DNA from: an uncultured Neisseriales bacterium | Lineage (GTDB): Bacteria > Pseudomonadota > Gammaproteobacteria > Burkholderiales > Aquaspirillaceae | NCBI GenBank assembly: GCA_937871815.1 | Contig: CALMOJ010000009.1 | Span: 1 to 46,956 of the forward strand | DNA: 46,956 nt | Direction: 5' to 3' | Shown: one piece after another, positions 39,719 through 46,956 of the stretch | Layout: the number at the start of each line of letters is the position of its first letter | How positions within the stretch are numbered: position 1 is the first letter of the stretch | Notes under the pieces: model-generated | Databases searched by the model: none | Seen by the model: the letters and a program-made list of their open reading frames with translations, nothing else | Told to the model about the DNA's origin: nothing | Made by a program: the position numbers and the translations under genes

Positions 39719-40852
39719 ATGAACACACGTCGTCACGTCAGCTTGCTTGCCGCCGCTTTGTTGGCCACCGCGTGCACCAGCACCGGTCTGTTTGATAAAA
39801 AAATCGACTACAAATCGGCAGATTCGGGCCCGAAAAACCGGCTCGAAGTCCCCCCCGACTTGACCACCCCCCAGATGAATAACGCCTACGCCTTGCCTGG
39901 GGGCAATTCGGTCAGCGCAATTAACCTGAACCAAAAAGCCCAAGCCAATGTGCTGGCCAGCAACGAGTCGTCCAACGTATTGGTGTCGGTGCCCGATGTG
40001 CGCTTTGAGCGGGCAGGCAGCCAACGCTGGTTAGTCGCCAAGAAAAAGCCCGAAGAACTCTGGCCTCTGCTGAAAGAGTTCTGGATTGATAGCGGCTTTA
40101 TCATCAAGCAAGACACGCCCGAAATCGGCGTAATGGAAACCGACTGGGCAGAGAACCGCGCCAAGTTGCCGCAAGATGGCGTGCGGAGTTTGCTCAGCAA
40201 GGTGGGCTTGGATGGCATCTATTCCACCCCAGAGCGGGATAAATTCCGTGCCCGCCTAGAGCGCACCAACGCGGGCACCGAAATTTACTTTAGCCACCGT
40301 GGTATGTACGAAACCTTCGTCAACGAAGGCAAAACCGCCACCACATGGCAGCCTCGTGCCGTAGACCCTGACCTTGAAGCCGAAATGCTGGGTCGCTTTA
40401 TGATGCGGCTGGGTGTCACCGAAGAAAAGGTCAAGCTGGCAGCCAAACAAGCCGACACCAGCGTGCAACAACGGGCGATGCTCAAGGACGACGGCGTGCT
40501 GGTCAACGATGCGTTTGACCGTGCTTGGCGGCGTACCGGCTTGGCACTCGACCGCATCGGCTTGGTGGTGACCGACCGTGACCGCGCACAGGGCGTTTAC
40601 TTTATCCGCCCTGCCAAGTCCGAAGCCGACCGCCGCGAAGAAGCCGGTGGCTTCTGGTCTGGGCTGGCCTTCTGGCGCAGCAGCGACAAAGCCGCAAGCA
40701 ACGCGGCGATTAAAGACGGCGAATACCGCGTCTTGGTCAAAGCGGTGAACGACAGCGCGACACAGGTCAGCATTATCGACAAAGCAGGCACACCTCTGCC
40801 TGCTGCCGTCAGCCAACCCATGTTGGCGAAGCTGCAGCAACAACTGCAATAA
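39719..40852 (+). CDS. bamC: Outer membrane assembly lipoprotein BamC (NlpB/DapX)
   Basis: Lipobox 'LATAC', 'LEVPPDL' and 'METDWAENRA', downstream of dapA. Confidence 0.92.
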   Translation: MNTRRHVSLLAAALLATACTSTGLFDKKIDYKSADSGPKNRLEVPPDLTTPQMNNAYALPGGNSVSAINLNQKAQANVLASNESSNVLVSVPDVRFERAGSQRWLVAKKKPEELWPLLKEFWIDSGFIIKQDTPEIGVMETDWAENRAKLPQDGVRSLLSKVGLDGIYSTPERDKFRARLERTNAGTEIYFSHRGMYETFVNEGKTATTWQPRAVDPDLEAEMLGRFMMRLGVTEEKVKLAAKQADTSVQQRAMLKDDGVLVNDAFDRAWRRTGLALDRIGLVVTDRDRAQGVYFIRPAKSEADRREEAGGFWSGLAFWRSSDKAASNAAIKDGEYRVLVKAVNDSATQVSIIDKAGTPLPAAVSQPMLAKLQQQLQ

Positions 40853-40869
40853 CGCCCCCGCTGGGTAAT

Positions 40870-40928
40870 AAAAACCGACCCCCAAACCCGTACGTTTCAA
40901 GCGGAGCAAGGGTCGGTTTTTCTATTTT
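40870..40928 (+). terminator. Probable terminator after bamC (long loop)
   Basis: AAAAACCGACCC ... GGGTCGGTTTTT with an approximately 28-nt intervening segment. Confidence 0.5.
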
Positions 40929-40935
40929 CGTTTTC

Positions 40936-40999
40936 AGAACCCGTTCAAAGTCTGCGAGACTCGGGTAAGCCTGCATTCGCTAGGCTTTGAACAGGTTCT
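40936..40999. mobile_element. Short MITE-like element (64 bp) upstream of nadB
   Basis: Terminal inverted repeats AGAACCCGTTCAAAGTCT / AGGCTTTGAACAGGTTCT (16 of 18 match). Shares 24 nt with the 33100-33245 element. Confidence 0.6.
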
Positions 41000-41018
41000 T
41001 TAGGGAAGGCACGCCGAG

Positions 41019-42659
41019 ATGCGCCATTTTGATGTGTTGATTGTAGGCAGTGGGCTGGCGGGGATGACCTTGGCTCTGCATCTTGCGGAAACCCGCACGG
41101 TGGGGCTGATTACCAAGAAAAACCTCCTCGAAGCCAGCTCCAGCTATGCCCAAGGGGGTATTGCAGCGGTGCTGGATACCGAAGACTCGGTCGAAGCCCA
41201 TATCCAAGACACCCTCGTGGCGGGGGCAGGGCTGTGCAATGCCGACACCACACGGTTTATTGTCGAAAACTCCCGCGCCGCCATTGATTGGCTAATTGCG
41301 CTGGGCGTGCCGTTTACCCGCGATGCCAGCGCGGCCATCCCCCCCAAAACCACCAGCGGCTACCAAGGCTTCCACCTGACCCGCGAAGGGGGACACAGCC
41401 ATCGCCGCATCATCCACGCCGCCGATGCCACCGGTGAAGCCGTCACTCGCACCCTTGGGCAAAAAATCTGCGCCCACCCTAATATCACCGTGCTAGAGGA
41501 CTACCTCGGCATTGACTTGATTACCGCCGAAAAACTGGGCTTGGCGGGCAAAGCGTGCTTTGGCATTTACGCCCTCGATAAGACCCAAGATGAAGTGGTG
41601 ACGCTAACCGCAGGGCATACCATTTTGGCCACTGGCGGTGCGGGCAAGGTCTATCTCTACACCACCAATCCCGACACCGCCACCGGCGATGGCATTGCGA
41701 TGGGCTGGCGAGCAGGGTGCCGGGTGGCCAATATGGAATTTATCCAATTCCACCCGACCTGCTTGTATCACCCCCACGCCAAGTCGTTTTTAGTCTCCGA
41801 AGCGGTGCGTGGCGAAGGTGGCATTTTACGGCTGCCGGACGGCACACGTTTTATGCCTGACCACGACCCCCGTGCCGAGCTGGCTCCCCGCGACGTAGTG
41901 GCGCGTGCCATTGATTTCGAGATGAAAAAACACGGGCTGGATTGCGTGTATCTGGATATTTCGTATAAGCCTGAAAGCTTTATCCGCAGCCACTTCCCCA
42001 ATATTTACGCCACCTGCTTGGCCTTGGGCATCGACATCAGCAAAGAGCCGATTCCCGTGGTGCCGGCCGCGCATTACACCTGCGGCGGCTTGGTGACTGA
42101 CCTAGACGGCCGCACCGATGTGGACCGGCTGTTTGCCGTCGGCGAAGCCTCTTGCACGGGGCTGCATGGGGCGAATCGGCTGGCCAGTAATTCGCTGTTG
42201 GAGTGCATGGTGATTGGTCGGGCGACGGCAGCGGCCATTTTGACCGAGCCGCCGCTGGTGATTCCCCCCATTCCCGATTGGGATGATAGCCGCGTCACCG
42301 ACCCCGACGAAGAAGTGGTGATTTCGCATAACTGGGACGAGCTGCGCCGCGCCATGTGGGACTATGTCGGCATCGTTCGCACCAATAAACGTTTGGCTCG
42401 CGCCCTGCATCGGATTGAGTTGCTCAAGGGGGAGATTAACGAGTATTACCAGCACTTTCACATCAGCAACGACCTGATTGAGCTGCGTAATCTGGTGCAA
42501 ACCTCCGAGCTGATTGTGCGCTCGGCACTGGCACGGCAAGAAAGCCGAGGCCTGCATTACAGCCGTGACTATCCTGACTTGCTGCCCGAGGCCAAAGATA
42601 CGGTGCTCTACCCTGTCGCAGCGACGATGGATGCAGGTACGGCAGACGGCACAGCCTAA
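41019..42659 (+). CDS. nadB: L-aspartate oxidase
   Basis: 'GSGLAG', 'SYAQGGIA', 'REGGHSHRRI', 'QFHPT', 'GLHGANRLASNSL' and 'ESRGLH'. Confidence 0.97.
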   Translation: MRHFDVLIVGSGLAGMTLALHLAETRTVGLITKKNLLEASSSYAQGGIAAVLDTEDSVEAHIQDTLVAGAGLCNADTTRFIVENSRAAIDWLIALGVPFTRDASAAIPPKTTSGYQGFHLTREGGHSHRRIIHAADATGEAVTRTLGQKICAHPNITVLEDYLGIDLITAEKLGLAGKACFGIYALDKTQDEVVTLTAGHTILATGGAGKVYLYTTNPDTATGDGIAMGWRAGCRVANMEFIQFHPTCLYHPHAKSFLVSEAVRGEGGILRLPDGTRFMPDHDPRAELAPRDVVARAIDFEMKKHGLDCVYLDISYKPESFIRSHFPNIYATCLALGIDISKEPIPVVPAAHYTCGGLVTDLDGRTDVDRLFAVGEASCTGLHGANRLASNSLLECMVIGRATAAAILTEPPLVIPPIPDWDDSRVTDPDEEVVISHNWDELRRAMWDYVGIVRTNKRLARALHRIELLKGEINEYYQHFHISNDLIELRNLVQTSELIVRSALARQESRGLHYSRDYPDLLPEAKDTVLYPVAATMDAGTADGTA

Positions 42660-42663
42660 ATAT

Positions 42664-42898
42664 TCCCGCGCCAGCATTTGGCGTTGAAATGCCCCGCCAC
42701 GGGCAACCGCTGGGTTTGGCTGTGATTCCCCAGGGGTGCCCCGTAGGGGTGGGGTGGTTGCCTTTGGCTTTTGGTTTTAGCTTCGGCGGCCTCGCCAGCA
42801 ACCACCCCGTCCGGCTTTGCCGTCTACCCCTCCGGCGGAGGGGAATAGCGGCGGCGAGAGACTCTCCCGCGCCAGTATCCGGCGTTGAAATGCCCCGC
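42664..42898. repeat. Two 34-bp direct repeats enclosing an inverted pair of REP-like units
   Basis: TCCCGCGCCAG(C/T)AT(TT/CC)GGCGTTGAAATGCCCCGC at 42664-42697 and 42865-42898 (31 of 34 identical). Inverted units at 42725-42761 and 42798-42846. Confidence 0.8.
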
Positions 42899-42932
42899 AA
42901 TCAGCATGTTGATTGCGGGGCATGGTTTTTTT
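42890..42932 (+). terminator. Strong hairpin/terminator between convergent nadB and parE
   Basis: ATGCCCCGCAATCA-GCATGT-TGATTGCGGGGCAT followed by GG and T7. Confidence 0.7.
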
Positions 42933-42998
42933 GGGGCGGCGGGCGGGGGGCAAGCACAACCGCCGCCGCAAACCCGCATCACGAGGCTGCCCCGCCGG

Positions 42999-44966
42999 TT
43001 AAACGTCGGCCTCGACCTGATTCCCCCGCGCCTCCATCCACACCCGCCGACTGGCGGCCTCACCTTTGCCCATCAGCAGGGTAAACATATCGTGGGTTTC
43101 GGTGGCGGCATCGGGGCGCAGGGTCACGCGGGAAAGGCGGCGGGTGTCGGGGTGCATGGTGGTGTCTTTAAGCTGCGCGGGGTTCATTTCGCCCAGCCCC
43201 TTAAACCGCCCAATGCTCCAACTGCCTTCACGCACTTTTTCAGCCCGCAAGCGGTCCAGCATCCCTTCTAGCTCGCCATCATCCAGCGCATACAGCTTGC
43301 GGGCAGGGCGGCTTTTGCCTTGGGCGGGGACATCAATCCGATACAGCGGAGGCTTGGCAATGTAGATATGCCCTGCCGCCAACAGGGCGGGAAAATGCTG
43401 ATAGAACAAGGTCAGCAGCAGCACCTGAATATGCGCCCCATCCACATCGGCATCCGACAAAATGGCGATTTTTCCGTAACGCAAGCCCGCCAAACTGACG
43501 GCTTCCCCTGCCCCGTGGGGGTCCACTCCGATGGCCACCGCAATATCGTGGATTTCGGCATTGGCAAATAGCTGATTGCGGTCGGTTTCCCAGCTATTCA
43601 GCACCTTGCCGCGTAGGGGGAGGATGGCTTGGTAGTCTTTATCCCGCGCCAGTTTGGCCGAGCCGCCTGCCGAATCGCCCTCCACCAAAAACAGCTCGTT
43701 GCGGGCGAGGTCTTCACTTTCGCAATCGGTCAGCTTGCCGGGCAAAACCGCCACGCCAGAGCCTTTTTTCTTCTCGATTTTCTTCACCGACTTCAGGCGG
43801 CTTTGCGCTTGCTTAATCGCCAGCTCGGCGATTTTGCGGGCATCGTCCACATGGGCATTCAGCCAGAGCTCCAGCGGGTCGCGCACTTGGCTGGCAACCA
43901 AGCGCACCGCATCGCGGTTATTCAGCTTCTCTTTGGTCTGCCCCTGAAACTGGGGGTCGAGCACCCGCGCCGACAGCACAAAGCGCACCCGGCACCACAC
44001 ATCTTCTGGCTGAATTTTGACCCCGCGCGGCAACAGGCTGTGGTGGTTGATAAAGCTATTGACCGCCTCAAACACCCCAGAGCGCAAACCGGCCTCGTGC
44101 GTGCCGCCCAGTGCGGTGGGAATCAGATTGACGTAGCTTTCCCCGCCGCCTTGCCCCTCGCTCCACGCCAATGCCCACGCGGCCCCTTCGCCCGCCGAAA
44201 AAATCCCCTCGTTGCTGGTCAGATGGTTTTCGCCCGCAAACAGCGGCGCGACGGGGGGGTCTTCGCCCAGCCGCTCTTGCAAATAGCTGTGCAAGCCTTG
44301 GGGATAACGCCACGTCTGTGACGTGTGCTTGCCGTCAGATTTTTCCGTGGTCAGGGTCACGGCAACCCCAGGCAGTAACACCGCTTTAGCACGGAGCAGG
44401 CGTTCTAGCTCGGGCAAGGAATACTGCGGGCTTTCAAAGTAGCGGCCATCGGGCCACACCCGCACCCGTGTGCCAGAGGTGCGCGGCGGACAGGTGCGGG
44501 TTTGGGTCAGCGGCTCGACCACATCGCCCCCTGCAAACGCCAACTGCCAGACCGCCCCTTCTCGCTTCACTTCGACCTCTAGGCGGGTGGACAGCGCGTT
44601 GGTGACTGACACCCCCACGCCATGCAGCCCCCCTGAAAACGTATACGCGCCGCCGTCTTTTTTGTTGAACTTACCGCCCGCATGGAGGCGGGTAAAAACC
44701 AGCTCCACCACCGGCACGCCCTCTTCGGGATGCAAACCCACGGGAATCCCGCGCCCGTCGTCCTCGACCGACAGCGAGCCATCCAGATGCAGCGTTACGG
44801 CGATTTTTTGCGCAAAGCCGCCCAATGCCTCATCAGCGGCGTTATCAATCATTTCTTGGCAGATGTGGGTCGGGTCTGTGGTGCGGGTATACATGCCGGG
44901 GCGTTCTTTTACCGGCTCTAACCCTTTTAAAACGCGCACCGAAGATTCGTCGTAAGTCTGGCTCAT
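42999..44966 (-). CDS. parE: DNA topoisomerase IV subunit B
   Basis: 'LKGLEPVKERPGMY', 'EMIDNAADE', 'VEGDSAGGS', 'PLRGK', 'DADVDG' and 'RFKGLGEM'. Its 655-aa length and sequence fit ParE rather than GyrB. Confidence 0.96.
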   Translation of the reverse strand: MSQTYDESSVRVLKGLEPVKERPGMYTRTTDPTHICQEMIDNAADEALGGFAQKIAVTLHLDGSLSVEDDGRGIPVGLHPEEGVPVVELVFTRLHAGGKFNKKDGGAYTFSGGLHGVGVSVTNALSTRLEVEVKREGAVWQLAFAGGDVVEPLTQTRTCPPRTSGTRVRVWPDGRYFESPQYSLPELERLLRAKAVLLPGVAVTLTTEKSDGKHTSQTWRYPQGLHSYLQERLGEDPPVAPLFAGENHLTSNEGIFSAGEGAAWALAWSEGQGGGESYVNLIPTALGGTHEAGLRSGVFEAVNSFINHHSLLPRGVKIQPEDVWCRVRFVLSARVLDPQFQGQTKEKLNNRDAVRLVASQVRDPLELWLNAHVDDARKIAELAIKQAQSRLKSVKKIEKKKGSGVAVLPGKLTDCESEDLARNELFLVEGDSAGGSAKLARDKDYQAILPLRGKVLNSWETDRNQLFANAEIHDIAVAIGVDPHGAGEAVSLAGLRYGKIAILSDADVDGAHIQVLLLTLFYQHFPALLAAGHIYIAKPPLYRIDVPAQGKSRPARKLYALDDGELEGMLDRLRAEKVREGSWSIGRFKGLGEMNPAQLKDTTMHPDTRRLSRVTLRPDAATETHDMFTLLMGKGEAASRRVWMEARGNQVEADV

Positions 44967-45133
44967 GGGAAGGATTTCTTAAAAAAGGGGGAGGCGTGCA
45001 AATAAGGCGGCGTAAAAACAGGGCAAGGAGACTACCAGCAGAAAGAAACGGGGGCGACCTCTCGACCAAGAGGCCACCCCCAGCACGGTGCGGTCACACC
45101 CTGCACAAATACACATTTAGAGTCCGCCGAACA

Positions 45134-45637
45134 CTACTCTTCTGACGAAAGTTGGCGGAAGTCCAAGCCCTTCAGTAGCTTGGCCAGCTCAGACAGGGAG
45201 CGGGTATACACATCGCGTTTAAAATCAATCACTGCATCTATCGGTGCCCAGTAATCGCTCCAACGCCATGCGTCAAATTCGGGGTGGCTGGTGGCGCGGA
45301 GACACACATCGCTGTCTCGTCCTGTCAGCCGCAGCAAAAACCAAATTTGCTTTTGCCCACGGTAGCTGCCTCGCCATTCTCGCCGCACCCAGTGGCTGGG
45401 CACGTCGTAACGCAACCAGTCGCGCGTGCGGCCAATGATTTTGACGTGGTGCGGCGATAAACCGACTTCTTCCATTAACTCTCGGTACATCGCGGCTTCG
45501 GGGCTTTCGCCTGGTTTAATGCCCCCTTGTGGAAATTGCCAAGAGTGTTCCCGTACTCGCTTGCCCCAAAACACTTCGTTGCGCGCGTTGCACAGGATGA
45601 TGCCCACGTTGGGGCGATAGCCATCCCTGTCTAGCAT
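45134..45637 (-). CDS. rppH: RNA pyrophosphohydrolase
   Basis: 'DGYRPNVGI', Nudix box '[25 protein letters not shown]' and 'GQKQIWF'. Confidence 0.96.
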   Translation of the reverse strand: MLDRDGYRPNVGIILCNARNEVFWGKRVREHSWQFPQGGIKPGESPEAAMYRELMEEVGLSPHHVKIIGRTRDWLRYDVPSHWVRREWRGSYRGQKQIWFLLRLTGRDSDVCLRATSHPEFDAWRWSDYWAPIDAVIDFKRDVYTRSLSELAKLLKGLDFRQLSSEE

Positions 45638-45929
45638 GTTGCACCTGCTGAATATCTAATGGGCTGAATTTTGGCACATTTCGTCACAGGTGGACAGGCA
45701 AGGGGCGGCGAGCGGCAAGCACGCCCTTCCCCGCCGCACCCACCTTCTTGCAGCCAAACAAAAAGGCATCGCGCCCCCAATCTAGCCAAAAAAGATGGCA
45801 ACATCCCACAAAAAATGCCATTGGATTCACTTGGCTTGACTTCACACCTTTGCCTTAACACCCGACCCCACCAACAAGGGAAATGTCATATCATGCAGGT
45901 TCTTTTTACGCGCCCCTTTCTAATTGCGT

Positions 45930-46956
45930 ATGCCTGACTTTTTGTCTCGTTGGTTTCGCCACTATGGTGGTTTTCGTACCCTTCGCATTCCCATTTTGGC
46001 GGCCTTGCTGGTCAGCCTATTGGTGGGGGTACTAACGTGGCAATTGCTGGGCGCACGCCGCCAGTTGGAGTCACGCGCCGCCAGCGAAGCCGCCAACCTT
46101 TCCGCCTTGCTGCAAACCCGTCTACAAGGCGCGATTGGCGAGGTGGATGTCGCCATGCGCGGGCTTATTTTGTCGCTGCCTGCCGACCGTTTTGCCCACC
46201 GCCAACCTACGTCTGCCGAAATCGAATGGCTGGGGCAGCAGTTTGAAAACACACTCTCTCTCTCGCCCTTTGCCGACAATTTGGGCTTAATCGGTGCCGA
46301 TGGCACACTGATTTACACCCACCATGCCCGCACCCTGCTGGCCAATGCTTCGGACCTCAGCTACCTCGACCAGCTCAAAACCAACCCAAGCGGTCAATTA
46401 TTAGGCACGCCGGTCATGGTTTCTAACGCCAAAGGTGAGCCTGGTATTTTGCTGGCACGGCGGATGGAAACCCGCGATGGTGCTTTTGCCGGTGCGGTGA
46501 TTGCCACCATTAACCGCAAAACCATCCGAGAACTGTTTGAGCGCGTTAATGTGGGGACGAGCGGGGGCATTGCCCTGCGTGATGAGCAAATGAATACCAT
46601 CGTCCGCGAGCCCGACATCGCGGCCAGCCCTGCCAAGCTCTCCGCCACCCACCCGCTGCGCAATGCGTTTACCCAGCCGATGGCCGAAGGTGTTTATCGC
46701 CATTACTCTAGCGTCGATAACGTGATGCGCATTCATAGCTGGCGGCGGCTACCAGGCATGAATTACCTCGTGGTGGTGGGCTTGGCAGAAAGTGACTATT
46801 TGACCAGCTGGTACAGCTTGCTATGGGGCTACGCTGCCGCCGCAACCGCTATGCTCCTGCTGCTGGGGGGCGTGGCATGGCTTTACCACAAAGAGCGTAG
46901 CGAAAGCCGCACCGTCGCCAGCCACAAAGAGCTGCTGGAAAAAAGCGAAGCCCGCC
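45930..46956 (+). CDS. Membrane sensor protein with a periplasmic Cache-like domain (output domain beyond the window; 3' truncated)
   Basis: Absent from the ORF track because it has no stop in the window. Manual translation from ATG 45930: MPDFLSRWF.., TM1 'IPILAALLVSLLVGVLTW', periplasmic 'LARRMETRDGAFAGAVIATI..GGIALRD..SVDNVMRIHSWRRL..VVVGLAESDYLTSW', TM2, then 'LEKSEAR'. Confidence 0.8.
   Translation, partial: MPDFLSRWFRHYGGFRTLRIPILAALLVSLLVGVLTWQLLGARRQLESRAASEAANLSALLQTRLQGAIGEVDVAMRGLILSLPADRFAHRQPTSAEIEWLGQQFENTLSLSPFADNLGLIGADGTLIYTHHARTLLANASDLSYLDQLKTNPSGQLLGTPVMVSNAKGEPGILLARRMETRDGAFAGAVIATINRKTIRELFERVNVGTSGGIALRDEQMNTIVREPDIAASPAKLSATHPLRNAFTQPMAEGVYRHYSSVDNVMRIHSWRRLPGMNYLVVVGLAESDYLTSWYSLLWGYAAAATAMLLLLGGVAWLYHKERSESRTVASHKELLEKSEAR

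Noticed and set aside
42664-42898. Possible mini-CRISPR (two repeats containing GTTGAAAT)
   Set aside because: Only two copies, a 167-bp interval, the TTGAAA motif is internal rather than terminal, and there are no cas genes.
45750-45820. A-tracts in the rppH/sensor intergenic region as a curved-DNA or operator array
   Set aside because: Irregular spacing and no consistent repeat unit.
1-46956. Neisseria-type DNA uptake sequences (GCCGTCTGAA and known dialects)
   Set aside because: Not seen in the terminator hairpins, where they would be expected.

Overview
A gene-dense, mostly housekeeping chromosomal segment of a betaproteobacterium, probably a free-living Neisseriales member. This is inferred from the protein sequences and from gene pairs such as glnA/aroE-mtgA, kdsD-kdsC-lptCAB, parE-rppH and dapA-bamC. 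It holds about 40 CDS (mltB, dnaX, ybaB, tig-clpP-clpX, glnA, ilvD, hpf, rpoN, lptCAB, kdsCD, pepN, htpG, dapA, bamC, nadB, parE, rppH, several transporters and a truncated Cache-domain sensor) and one tRNA-Leu(TAG). glnA has a textbook NtrC/sigma54 promoter. I see no prophage, transposase, CRISPR array or clear multi-gene novel system. The best leads are: (1) an orphan fliW where lon usually follows clpX, bracketed by near-duplicate terminators, with a faint and speculative csrA-like relic upstream; (2) extreme GATC depletion and apparent CCWGG-to-CTWGG drift, consistent with long-term cytosine methylation or restriction; (3) two related MITE-like elements; (4) a nested direct/inverted repeat structure between nadB and parE; (5) a long structured leader or sRNA candidate before a FabG/PhaB-like reductase. 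All motif counts were made by eye and no database searches were run.
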